40,328 nt of DNA from a virus. Its lineage: Duplodnaviria > Caudoviricetes. The translations under genes and the position numbers were made by a program. Of this stretch, positions 10,405 to 19,993 are shown one piece after another (the first letter of the stretch is position 1; each line of letters opens with the position of its first letter). The stretch is from the IMG/VR virus record IMGVR_UViG_3300032225_000583, positions 1 through 40,328 of that record; one strand, written 5' to 3'. Under the pieces are notes generated by a model, which was not told where the DNA came from, did not search any database, and saw nothing but the letters and a program-made list of their open reading frames with translations.

Positions 10405-11628
10405 TTAGTAGGAACCAGCTCCTGGTGTTCCTAACATATATGGACTAAATGCTCTATCCCTACTTAATGCTCCGCCACTTGTACCAGATGAACCGCCAAA
10501 TGTTCCAGTTTCTAGTTGTGATAAACGCTTGCGCTTCTTAGCGGCAGCAGCAGAGTCTGCAAGATTAAATATTTCTTGTTCTGCCTGTGTTTGGGTATAA
10601 GGAGACTCTTGATAAATCTGTGAAAGTTTTTCACCAGTAGGTAGGAACTCTGCAATATTGCTATAACCTTGTTGTGCTTGTGCTTTGGTTACACCGGCAG
10701 CAGCTAATCCTTCAGCAGATGTTTGGCTTGTAGAAAGTCCTTGACCTAACGCTGCTCCGCCAATTTCAGCAGCAGTTACTTTGCGTTTAATATCAGTTAA
10801 TGCTTTAGTTGGATCAAGAGAATAAGCCAGAATATCACCATTGGTAATACCAGGATAAAATTGTTTTAATGCTTGCATAGTTTCTGGGTTAGCATTAACA
10901 ACACGAGATTGCGCAGTCATTACTCTGTCTTCTAACTCTGCTGCGGATACATCATTACCAAGAAGTTGATTAAAACCAGATTGAGTTCCCATAGAATCTT
11001 TAGCATAATAATTAGCAGGTAATCCATAATTACGCATAATGTTTTGATATTGATCTTCAAGGCCAATATATTCAGCAGGGCTTAATGCTCTAAGTCCTTT
11101 AGAAATACGATCTTGATTTGCAGAAAATCTTTGTTTGTAAGCATCAGTATTTTGTAATTCAAGGGCAAATTGAGAAGGTGATATGTTGGATTGAATAAGT
11201 CCTTTTAATGGCTCAACTAAAGAACCTAGTCCATATTTATTAAATTCGTTTAATAGTAAATCATAAGCAGATTGACGATATCCTTGATCTGCTGCAGCTT
11301 GTGATGCTTGTTGCTGTTTAAGTAATAAAGCTTGTTGTGCTGCAAATTGATCTGCTGCTGAAGTACTAGGTGTTACAGCTCCACCAGTGTTTGTATTACT
11401 ACCTACTCCGCTAGCCTGTTTTCTTAATTCTTCTAATTGTTTTGTACTTGAAGCTAATTCAGCTTGTGCATTTGCTAAGTCTTTAAGATCAGTAGCACTT
11501 AATTTAGGTGTAGAAGTTGCTGGTTTAGCAGCAGGTTTTGGTGTTACGGGATTTACGCCAAGTGAAGACAAAGCACTATTTGTTGTATTAGGCTTAGGTG
11601 CTGGATTATATGAATCTTTAATTGCCAT
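10405..11628 (-). CDS. Putative internal virion (ejection) protein
   Basis: 407 aa, Ala/Gln-rich helical, between portal and scaffold. Confidence 0.55.
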   Translation of the reverse strand: MAIKDSYNPAPKPNTTNSALSSLGVNPVTPKPAAKPATSTPKLSATDLKDLANAQAELASSTKQLEELRKQASGVGSNTNTGGAVTPSTSAADQFAAQQALLLKQQQASQAAADQGYRQSAYDLLLNEFNKYGLGSLVEPLKGLIQSNISPSQFALELQNTDAYKQRFSANQDRISKGLRALSPAEYIGLEDQYQNIMRNYGLPANYYAKDSMGTQSGFNQLLGNDVSAAELEDRVMTAQSRVVNANPETMQALKQFYPGITNGDILAYSLDPTKALTDIKRKVTAAEIGGAALGQGLSTSQTSAEGLAAAGVTKAQAQQGYSNIAEFLPTGEKLSQIYQESPYTQTQAEQEIFNLADSAAAAKKRKRLSQLETGTFGGSSGTSGGALSRDRAFSPYMLGTPGAGSY

Positions 11629-11630
11629 TA

Positions 11631-12833
11631 TTACCCCTTAAACCCAAAGTCTTGTAAAACTTTTGTAACCGAATTAGCAACTTCATCTTTAGCATTATTG
11701 GTATATTGCCAACGAGGATCTTTACGTAATGCACGTTGATAATCGTATATAGACATTTCGCCTTCTTTTGTAATAGCACTACGAAGGACTGGATCGTTTA
11801 AAGTAATAGTATCTGGATTTATTTCAAGAACTTTAGACATTGCAGTTTTATAAGGAGAATAAATTGATTCAAGATCTACGCCTTGACCAAGTAATTTTTT
11901 AACACCTTCTGGCTGACCCAATGCTGCTTGATTTCTAAGAATTGATTTAAAGGTTTCAACATTTTCGCCTTTAGCAATTTTAGTAGTCCAGTCAGATATT
12001 TGTTCTGGAGTAAGAGTTACACCATTAGCTGCTGCAGCACTTTGTAATTGTTGGGCAGCAGCACTATTAACACGTTCTTGAATTTTTTTAAATTCATCAG
12101 TGCCTTGTAATTTACTAGTAAGCCATTGGGTTTCATCAAGACCGGTAGTAGTTACTGAAGTCCTAACACCATTAATCATTTTATAAGTAGTCTTAGATGC
12201 ACTACTTGGTTTGTTTTGCTCTTTCTTTAAATCATTTGTGTATTTAGTAAGTTCTTCAGCAGTAGGATCTCTATGTAATAAGTTACGGAAATTAGTAGTA
12301 ATAAAAGATGCTGCTTTAGTTGGGTCATATTCAGTTATTTGAGCATATGGATCATATTGTTGAACACCAACTGTACTTTGAAAACCTTGTTGTTGTAATG
12401 CCTTAGCATAGGCATAAGGATCATTATTAATTGGGTCATTAGCAGCACCGCTAACAATTTGCGCCCATTTACTTAAAAGATTATTTGGGTCTCTTGCTTC
12501 TGCTTTTGTTAATTGACCATATTTTAAAAGATTGCTACGAATTTGTCCAAGATTAGTTACATTTCGGGCTTGATCAATAGCTTCAGTAACTGTCTTTATT
12601 TTTCCATCAATTAAAACTGTTTTATTAGCAGTTGTATCGGAGTATGCTCCGCCAAGATTTTGATTATAAGATGTAGTATTTGATGGATTTGGAGTTTGTT
12701 GAGCAATAGGAGCAGAAGTATCTATTCCTAATTTTTTTGCATCTGACTCATTGACAACTCTTGTAGTATTATCGTCATAAGTGATGACAAATTTACCATT
12801 AGATTGTTTTGTTGCTCCAGTTATTTGTGCCAT
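11631..12833 (-). CDS. Putative internal virion protein
   Basis: 400 aa, position in the operon. Confidence 0.55.
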   Translation of the reverse strand: MAQITGATKQSNGKFVITYDDNTTRVVNESDAKKLGIDTSAPIAQQTPNPSNTTSYNQNLGGAYSDTTANKTVLIDGKIKTVTEAIDQARNVTNLGQIRSNLLKYGQLTKAEARDPNNLLSKWAQIVSGAANDPINNDPYAYAKALQQQGFQSTVGVQQYDPYAQITEYDPTKAASFITTNFRNLLHRDPTAEELTKYTNDLKKEQNKPSSASKTTYKMINGVRTSVTTTGLDETQWLTSKLQGTDEFKKIQERVNSAAAQQLQSAAAANGVTLTPEQISDWTTKIAKGENVETFKSILRNQAALGQPEGVKKLLGQGVDLESIYSPYKTAMSKVLEINPDTITLNDPVLRSAITKEGEMSIYDYQRALRKDPRWQYTNNAKDEVANSVTKVLQDFGFKG

Positions 12834-12834
12834 T

Positions 12835-15800
12835 TTATCCCAACTTCATAAATACGCTGTAGATGATTGTCTTGAGACGAGGTTCTTCTTCAGCGCGAGC
12901 TAGTAGGTAATCTTCCCAGTCTTGCTTATTTTGCTGTGATGCAAAGCCTTGAATATTTAACATTTTAAATTGAGCATTTTGGTTTGCGTATTGATTATAT
13001 CTCTGTAATAAATCTTTAACCAATAAAGCCTGTTCGTGTTTTGGTTGATTTTTGTTTTCTTCTGAAAAAATTGCCTGTAATTGATTAACAGCAACTCCTG
13101 CATTTGTACGTTTTTCTGGACTAGTATAGTCACTGTACCAAAGTGGGTACAAATTTTTCATTTTTTCAATAACGCCTGACCAACGGGTTTTTTCCATAGA
13201 TGTTAAATATGAAATATTAGCAGCTTGCTTTAAATTAGCAACGTGTTCTTTAATTAAAGGACCCATCAACGCATCACCTTGAGAAACATAGAATTGACGC
13301 AGTAACTCTTCTGGACTTCTCTTGATGCGAAGGTGTTGACCTAATAAATCGTTGTAAACCGCTCTATCTGATTCGTTCTTAGAGTTATCTTGTGGGATAA
13401 GATAGAAATATCCAGTAGATACACCTGAGGTTGGGTTAAACGCTTGTTTATTATCTTTAATAAAATCAAGTGTTTCTTGAACATAAGGCACTTTAAATCC
13501 TGGAATAGCTGAATCGGTCTTAGCAATTGTATAGGATACCGCTCTAGTACCGTGATTACCCATAAACTCTTGCAGAGCATCAGCAAAGTTGCCTTTTTGT
13601 TTAACAAGTTTCCAAAACTCGTCACGGAAACCTGAATCTTCTTGGCTAACCTGTGGTGCTAATGGTGATGTTAGGTTTAAAAATGCTTTAATCATTAAGA
13701 TAGAACGAGCATTATTTTTAATTCTATCAATAAAATTTGTACGATCCCAGTCAGATGAATCAGGTCCTGGTACTTGGTTATTATAATAAGCAGATGCTAA
13801 GGCAGATGCTAAAGCATTGTTCATTTGGTTATTAATATCAACTGGTGATAATGCTGATATCGTAGTTTTTAACCAAGCTGCTGGTAATAATGTATCAACA
13901 AAGTCTCTTTGATAAGAGATATCTCCAATAGTTCCTTTAACAGCAGGTTTTAATGCTGGAAACCAATCTGCTAATAAGTTACCAGATACAGCTACAACCG
14001 GTGATACGCCAGGTGTTTGTAACTCTGGAAGAACAGATTTGAGTGATACTAAAGAACCTTTGGCTGTTATAGGCAAGCCGGATATGATTGGAACATTATA
14101 TGCTGCTAAACCACCTTGGATTGCTTTACCAAACTCACCAACAAAAGGTATATTTAAATAACGATTACCATTTTCATCTTCGGTAACAAATGTTGGATCA
14201 GATAAAGCGTGTTCTGATAATTGATAAAAACGCATACCACGAGAGAACAGTGGAGAAACCACACTTGTATCTTTCAAAGCATTAAAAGCACGTTTTAAAG
14301 CTTGCTCTTGTGCAAAGTAAAACGGCATTAAGTTACGAGTAAGTTGAGCAAATTGATTACGAAGGGCAGTATTGTGAATTTGTGGAAGCATTGCATAAGA
14401 TGCTTGTGTTTGAGCAAAGCGTAATGCTTGATCTTCAGTAATCCAACCTTTAGCAACTTGATGAGCCATACGTCCGTAGGCATCGCCAACGTGCATCATA
14501 TATAAAGGCTCACGAGCAAGACCATTAACAATAGGATCAATAACCTTTTTAAAACCTAAGTTAGTTACAAAGGCTAATGGGTTTTTGTTTGGAACATAAG
14601 GTTGAAGTGATGGTCCTGCTACTCCTGCTGGTAAAGATTTTGGATTAGTATTCTTTATTTTAGCAATATAATCTAAATCAGTTTCTTGACCGTTAACAAT
14701 ATTTTTAGCAATATCTCTGTGAACAGTTCCATCTTTACCAATAACTAAACCTAAAGTTGAATCAACTCGGTCACTAGCAAAATCTTGTAAATTGCCATCT
14801 TTCCAACGGCTTAAAACATTACGTTCTTCAGCATACGGTTTATATTGACCTTTGGTTGTAGCAACCATACGAGCATATTCTTTATTAATTAAATCTTGAC
14901 GTAGTGTTTGAAATTCTTCGTGACCCATTGTTTCAGGGTCAATAGCAAGTTTATTTCCTTTGTGTGCTTTTAAAAGATCTAAAGTAATATTTTGATTTGA
15001 CGCTTCTTTAGATGCTTTGTTTAAATTTGTTGTATAACGTGGTACATAATGAATATCAGATGAAGAGTAAGTTGTGTACTCTGGCAGATCTCGGTATAAT
15101 GGACTATTCTTTTGGATTTGATAATAATAATGAGCAGCTTGGTTCATTTGATATGAAGTTGAGGCATCGTATCCGTGACCAGTTTGAACTGCTTCTGATA
15201 AAAAATGTCCATTGTTGGCAAGAACTAAACGGGTTGCCAATTCAAGTTGTTCATCTGGTAGCATTTTTGCAGCAAAGTTAAGGCCTTTGCGTTTTGCTTC
15301 TTGGAAAGCAGGAAACCCCGAAAGCATTACATCAGGTGAAATACCTGTGTGAGCACCAAGACCTACAAGAGCAGCAGATAATATGTTACCTGCTTCTTTA
15401 GGTGCTAAATCATAATTTTGTTTAGCGGCAGCTACTGCTAGTTTTGATTTAAAAGTATTTAATACACCAAAACGAGCAACTGTTGGAATCATTTCTGCTG
15501 CAGCAACTCGAAGACCAAAACCTGCTGTAGCAAGAGCTAAAGGTTTAAAAATTGCATTTGTATAATATTTAGCAACAAAGTCGTCAACTGGACCCATTAC
15601 TTTACCATAGGTTCCAACATCACGCATTGCTCTTTTAATTTTTAAAAAGTCAGGAATATCAAACATATCTTGCGCTTGGTGTTTGGCAAGACCTGCAACT
15701 TTACGACCAGTAGCACTTGCATAGTCACCCAGTGGATTACCTAATACATCTGTTCCATAAATTTGTGTACCAACTAAAGGTTGATCTACTTTTTGAATAT

Positions 15801-17211
15801 CGTCCCAAACGGATTTAACAAACTCTCCGTCATCTGGTAAACCTAATGCTTTAAACGCATCAAATATTGTTTGGTTTTTGATAGAACGAGCAGTTGCTAT
15901 ATCTCCTACTGCTACTGATTCAGCATATTTAGTAGCCCACATTTTTGAGGCTTTATCACCTAAACCAATACGACCAATACGGTATACAACATTTGCTGAA
16001 TCTGGTGAGTTCCAACGAAATTTAGTTAAAGACAATTTTTGAGTTTCAGCATCTACTGAGTAAGGCATATACCCTGAAAAGGTTTTGTAAACTTTACCTG
16101 GTAATGTATCTGAGTTACGTAGATAATCAATTACTCGACTATCTCCTATTTTAGCACGAAGTAAAGTACGTGAAGGAAGAATTGCTTGACCAGCAAGGGT
16201 TCCTTGTAAATCACCAAAATATAACGAAGTCTTTAAAAAGTTGTGAACATCTTCTGCTTTATCAATTTGTCCTAAACGACCAGCAGCAACTGTTCCAAGT
16301 TGTGGATATTTTTGAATAATTTCACCAGCATTAGATTTAGCAATATCTTCAAGAGCGCGGTTATAAGTAGCAGATGTTGTATTTAATAATCCACCACGAT
16401 AAACAGTGTCCATTTGCTCTGATGTTAATGCTACACCTGTACGAGATGTAAGAAAATTCTTAACACCAGGGACTGTATCCATAATTGGATATTTAAGTTC
16501 TAACTCACCGGCATTACCTAATTTAACAAGTTTTCCAGCTTTAGTTAATTGAGCAAAACGAGATACCACATTTAAAGGATCTGAAATAATATCAAAAACT
16601 GTATCTCCGCCACCTGAAAATGCTTTACCTATACCAGCATTAGTATCTTTAAATGCTTTAGATGCAGCTTCTAAACCTACTGCACTTGTTGCTTTAGATA
16701 AGGCATTACTAAAATCTCTACCTGGAGAAACTTTATAATTTTCATCTTCGCTCTTAGCATAAGAATCTGAATAAATGTTTCCTAAGTTACCTACAGTAGA
16801 AAGTTTACGAAGTCCTGTAGCTGCAAGATCTGCACCAATTGCAGTTCCAAGTGGACCACCTACAAAAGTTCCGGCAACGCCACCACCAATAACACCAAGT
16901 GTTACAGCAAATCCTTGAAGGAAACCGTGATCTTGATATACTGCGTGAGTAAATTTATAATCTCTTTGAATTTCTTTAAGTGGTTTACCCAACCAAGATA
17001 AAGCATTAATTGTATTGCCACCAACTTTAGCCCAAAAACTTTGGGTGCCATTACCTTCAACGTGATCGTTAATAGCATCATTAACGGCTACACCTTTATA
17101 GGCATATGAAAGTACGGGTGCTGCCGCATCAGGTTGTTTAGTATTATAAGTATCTAACGCTAAACCTGGATTACGGGCTAGGTCTGGGGTTACCCAGTTA
17201 ACAGAAGACAA
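12835..17211 (-). CDS. Large putative internal virion / DNA-ejection protein
   Basis: 1458 aa, hydrophobic Gly-rich segment near the N-terminus; size and position resemble podovirus ejection proteins. Confidence 0.6.
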   Translation of the reverse strand: MSSVNWVTPDLARNPGLALDTYNTKQPDAAAPVLSYAYKGVAVNDAINDHVEGNGTQSFWAKVGGNTINALSWLGKPLKEIQRDYKFTHAVYQDHGFLQGFAVTLGVIGGGVAGTFVGGPLGTAIGADLAATGLRKLSTVGNLGNIYSDSYAKSEDENYKVSPGRDFSNALSKATSAVGLEAASKAFKDTNAGIGKAFSGGGDTVFDIISDPLNVVSRFAQLTKAGKLVKLGNAGELELKYPIMDTVPGVKNFLTSRTGVALTSEQMDTVYRGGLLNTTSATYNRALEDIAKSNAGEIIQKYPQLGTVAAGRLGQIDKAEDVHNFLKTSLYFGDLQGTLAGQAILPSRTLLRAKIGDSRVIDYLRNSDTLPGKVYKTFSGYMPYSVDAETQKLSLTKFRWNSPDSANVVYRIGRIGLGDKASKMWATKYAESVAVGDIATARSIKNQTIFDAFKALGLPDDGEFVKSVWDDIQKVDQPLVGTQIYGTDVLGNPLGDYASATGRKVAGLAKHQAQDMFDIPDFLKIKRAMRDVGTYGKVMGPVDDFVAKYYTNAIFKPLALATAGFGLRVAAAEMIPTVARFGVLNTFKSKLAVAAAKQNYDLAPKEAGNILSAALVGLGAHTGISPDVMLSGFPAFQEAKRKGLNFAAKMLPDEQLELATRLVLANNGHFLSEAVQTGHGYDASTSYQMNQAAHYYYQIQKNSPLYRDLPEYTTYSSSDIHYVPRYTTNLNKASKEASNQNITLDLLKAHKGNKLAIDPETMGHEEFQTLRQDLINKEYARMVATTKGQYKPYAEERNVLSRWKDGNLQDFASDRVDSTLGLVIGKDGTVHRDIAKNIVNGQETDLDYIAKIKNTNPKSLPAGVAGPSLQPYVPNKNPLAFVTNLGFKKVIDPIVNGLAREPLYMMHVGDAYGRMAHQVAKGWITEDQALRFAQTQASYAMLPQIHNTALRNQFAQLTRNLMPFYFAQEQALKRAFNALKDTSVVSPLFSRGMRFYQLSEHALSDPTFVTEDENGNRYLNIPFVGEFGKAIQGGLAAYNVPIISGLPITAKGSLVSLKSVLPELQTPGVSPVVAVSGNLLADWFPALKPAVKGTIGDISYQRDFVDTLLPAAWLKTTISALSPVDINNQMNNALASALASAYYNNQVPGPDSSDWDRTNFIDRIKNNARSILMIKAFLNLTSPLAPQVSQEDSGFRDEFWKLVKQKGNFADALQEFMGNHGTRAVSYTIAKTDSAIPGFKVPYVQETLDFIKDNKQAFNPTSGVSTGYFYLIPQDNSKNESDRAVYNDLLGQHLRIKRSPEELLRQFYVSQGDALMGPLIKEHVANLKQAANISYLTSMEKTRWSGVIEKMKNLYPLWYSDYTSPEKRTNAGVAVNQLQAIFSEENKNQPKHEQALLVKDLLQRYNQYANQNAQFKMLNIQGFASQQNKQDWEDYLLARAEEEPRLKTIIYSVFMKLG

Positions 17212-17212
17212 A

Positions 17213-17632
17213 TTAATATCCTTGTTTTATACGTTGTGCTAAATACTGCATTGTTGGGGAAGCATTTGGATCACTTGCCCATTGGTTAATCATTTCATAA
17301 GCAGTTGTGTATTGAGCATCTGTTTGTGCTGGCATACTTAAAACATTTGAACCGCCACCAGGACCTACATCTATACCGTGAGTTACTGGTTCACCTGGAC
17401 GTTGAGATGGTGCAAATAATGGAGTTACTGGTGCTTGAGTTGCAGCTTGTTTTACTTCTGATGCTGGTGCTGGGCGAACGTCTGGAGTTCTAGCCAACGG
17501 CGCACCTGATGCTATCTCTGCTGTTTGCTTTTGTTCACCATAAGCATTAGCTGGCATACGATCAATTCTCTTTGCGTACTTACCTGGACCTGATGCTCCT
17601 TTAATTGGATTAACTGAATCTTCAAGCGCCAT
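17213..17632 (-). CDS. Pro/Gly-rich virion-region protein
   Basis: SGPGKYAKR, PSQRPGEPVTHG motifs; GAGGAGG RBS before ATG 17632. Confidence 0.7.
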   Translation of the reverse strand: MALEDSVNPIKGASGPGKYAKRIDRMPANAYGEQKQTAEIASGAPLARTPDVRPAPASEVKQAATQAPVTPLFAPSQRPGEPVTHGIDVGPGGGSNVLSMPAQTDAQYTTAYEMINQWASDPNASPTMQYLAQRIKQGY

Positions 17633-17846
17633 CTTGGTCCTCCTCAATCTTCTCTAAATCGTTAGTAAAGTCTTCCCAAACTTTCTTGACTTTACTTTCT
17701 CTATTTGCATTATAAACTGTTAACTCTAAAAATTCTTCTGTTAGCACTACAAAACTTTGTGCAATGTTATTAAAAAATCCTGCAACTACAACTAATACAT
17801 CTGCGAGATGAATCGGACGCGGTACGAAATCTTTGTTATCGTCCAC
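17622..17846 (-). CDS. Small hypothetical protein
   Basis: GTG start with AGGTGG RBS; overlaps the next gene. Confidence 0.65.
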   Translation of the reverse strand: MDDNKDFVPRPIHLADVLVVVAGFFNNIAQSFVVLTEEFLELTVYNANRESKVKKVWEDFTNDLEKIEEDQDGA

Positions 17847-17871
17847 GCCCGACCACCTATCTAATAATTAA

Positions 17872-18012
17872 TTAACCCTTTTTTACTTTGTTTCCCTTAC
17901 GTGCTGCTGCTGTAAAACCAAACTTTACAGCGCCACCTGCTGGCTTAGAAGTATCCTTCTTGCCCTCAACTGGCTTTGACATAGGAGCTGCTGCTCTTGA
18001 TCCTTTGTTCAT
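17872..18012 (-). CDS. 46-aa basic microprotein (MNKGSRAAAPMSKPVEGKKD...)
   Basis: Translated by hand; GAGGGGG RBS right after the portal gene. Confidence 0.7.
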   Translation of the reverse strand: MNKGSRAAAPMSKPVEGKKDTSKPAGGAVKFGFTAAARKGNKVKKG

Positions 18013-18029
18013 TATTCACCCCCTCTACT

Positions 18030-19781
18030 TTATGCCGCGCCGCCGATTGAGGCGAGCAATGATGCAATATCAGGTTTACCTTGTGGTTGTTGACCAGGAG
18101 CAGGGGCCGCACCGCCAGTTTGAACTGGAGTAGGCTGCGAGGCAGGAGCGGGGGCCGCACCTGCTGCTGGCATCTGAGGCATCCCTTGAGGAGCCTGCGG
18201 TTGTGGTTCAAGCATAAAAGCTTTCTCCACAATATTTTCAATCTGCATACCTTTTTGCCGTCCCTGAATTACTTCGGCAATGCGGCTAATGATCTGTGAA
18301 GGATCTTGGCCTTGTGCTGCTAATGCTGGAATTGCTTGAGCGTATTGAGATACAGCAACTCTTAGTGCATCACGCATTTCTTCAATATCAACTTTTTGTT
18401 CTTCTTGAGTAACGTTAATCTCAACAGGAATCTCACGGCGTACATAGTCACGAGATACAAGTTTGTCTGAACGCATCTGTAGTAATGCAATAACTGCACG
18501 GTTAGGATCTAGTCCTGACATAATTCCGTAGCGAACATCTACAGTGTAATCACCGTTAATAGCACGGGATGGAACATACTTCATTGTGTACGGAGTACCG
18601 TCATCAATTCCGCGAATTTCTTTTACCTTGTTACCAAATAGTTTTTCATCTGCCTCAAAGCACATACTTACTAACTCAGCAAATACTCTAGCAAACTGTG
18701 CTTGTGCTGCTTTAATCTGTGTATCAAAACCTGCTTGTAATGCTTGAACTCCGCGACCTGTTACAACGGATGCGTCTAGCTGACCAGAACGAGACTCTGG
18801 GTAACGAGCACCCATACGAAGTTCACGCTCTAATACACCTGACTCTTGGAATACACCAACAGGTAGTTCTAATGGAACACGGCGAATTGCTTGAGGATTG
18901 GATGAACGCATAATTGCGTCAGGTCCCAAAGCAAGTTCTTGTACATCTTGTGGAATAGCAATAGGTGCTTGAATAGATTTCTCAGCAGCTTGGATTTGTA
19001 GTACTGCAAAGCGAGCACGAGCTAACTGAACTGCTAGTACATCATCAAACTGTCCACGAGCCTCACCATCGATAGATGGACGCATCGCAACGCGAGCCAT
19101 ACATTTTCCAATTGGATTAGGTGTACGGGCTAGAACTAAATCTTTACGTTCTGGTAAGTAGATTACATCTTGATCTTTATCGTGGTAGCGAACTAAAGAA
19201 AGATATGGAGAGCCTGGTGTAAATGTATTTCTATTTAAAATCTGATCTGCATACTCTGGGTACATTGATGCTAATGATTGTGCATCCATACCAACAACTT
19301 GTGTTAGAGATAAACAACGACCAAAGCGGTCAATCTCTGGATAAGAACCAAATGGATTAACAAGTTTAATTGTTGGCTCATTGCCTTCATAATCAAGGTC
19401 AATCATACCAATCATCATTCCGTATGTGTTATACCAATCAGCACCGGTATACATCTGAACACTAAGTTCGGAACGGCCTACATAATAATTTGCAATACGA
19501 GCACGGGTATCTGCTGCTTTACGGGCGGCATCTGAAACCATATTAGAAGCGGAGCAACTAAATGTTGGTAGAGGTGCCATTGCCTCTGCTAGATCACGAG
19601 CAGAAACGTCAATAAGGTTGGCGATGAGAGGCTTTGGATATTCCTCAGAAAACATCGACGGATAAACTTTAGATATATCGCCTTGACGAACTGATAGCAC
19701 ATCACGCATACGTCCATCGCGTTGTGCATACTTAGTTTGTAGACGAGATACTAAAGCAGTGATCTCTCTTATATTTAACAA
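18030..19781 (-). CDS. Portal protein
   Basis: 583 aa following terminase; Pro/Gln-rich tail typical of podovirus portals. Confidence 0.85.
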   Translation of the reverse strand: MLNIREITALVSRLQTKYAQRDGRMRDVLSVRQGDISKVYPSMFSEEYPKPLIANLIDVSARDLAEAMAPLPTFSCSASNMVSDAARKAADTRARIANYYVGRSELSVQMYTGADWYNTYGMMIGMIDLDYEGNEPTIKLVNPFGSYPEIDRFGRCLSLTQVVGMDAQSLASMYPEYADQILNRNTFTPGSPYLSLVRYHDKDQDVIYLPERKDLVLARTPNPIGKCMARVAMRPSIDGEARGQFDDVLAVQLARARFAVLQIQAAEKSIQAPIAIPQDVQELALGPDAIMRSSNPQAIRRVPLELPVGVFQESGVLERELRMGARYPESRSGQLDASVVTGRGVQALQAGFDTQIKAAQAQFARVFAELVSMCFEADEKLFGNKVKEIRGIDDGTPYTMKYVPSRAINGDYTVDVRYGIMSGLDPNRAVIALLQMRSDKLVSRDYVRREIPVEINVTQEEQKVDIEEMRDALRVAVSQYAQAIPALAAQGQDPSQIISRIAEVIQGRQKGMQIENIVEKAFMLEPQPQAPQGMPQMPAAGAAPAPASQPTPVQTGGAAPAPGQQPQGKPDIASLLASIGGAA

Positions 19782-19790
19782 TTAAAGTCC

Positions 19791-19982
19791 TTACATACCT
19801 TGATGGGTTTGACCAGCAACGCTGGTAGGCCATTCAACTTTATCCATAGCGGCTGCTTGAGCTTTGCCTGCTACATACTTAGCATCTGTTGATGGGTTGA
19901 TCTGAGGTGTCATTACTGCACCCTTATCAATGTATTCTTCTTCGCCTTCTTTGTTGGTAATCCAACTTGGTGTTATTGCCAT
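19791..19982 (-). CDS. Small hypothetical protein
   Basis: AAGGAG RBS, between terminase and portal. Confidence 0.7.
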   Translation of the reverse strand: MAITPSWITNKEGEEEYIDKGAVMTPQINPSTDAKYVAGKAQAAAMDKVEWPTSVAGQTHQGM

Positions 19983-19993
19983 TTGTTTTCTCC

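Noticed and set aside
12835-17211. Large ORF as tape measure or virion RNA polymerase
   Set aside because: No tail tube/chaperone context, and I could not identify polymerase motifs; left as a putative internal protein.
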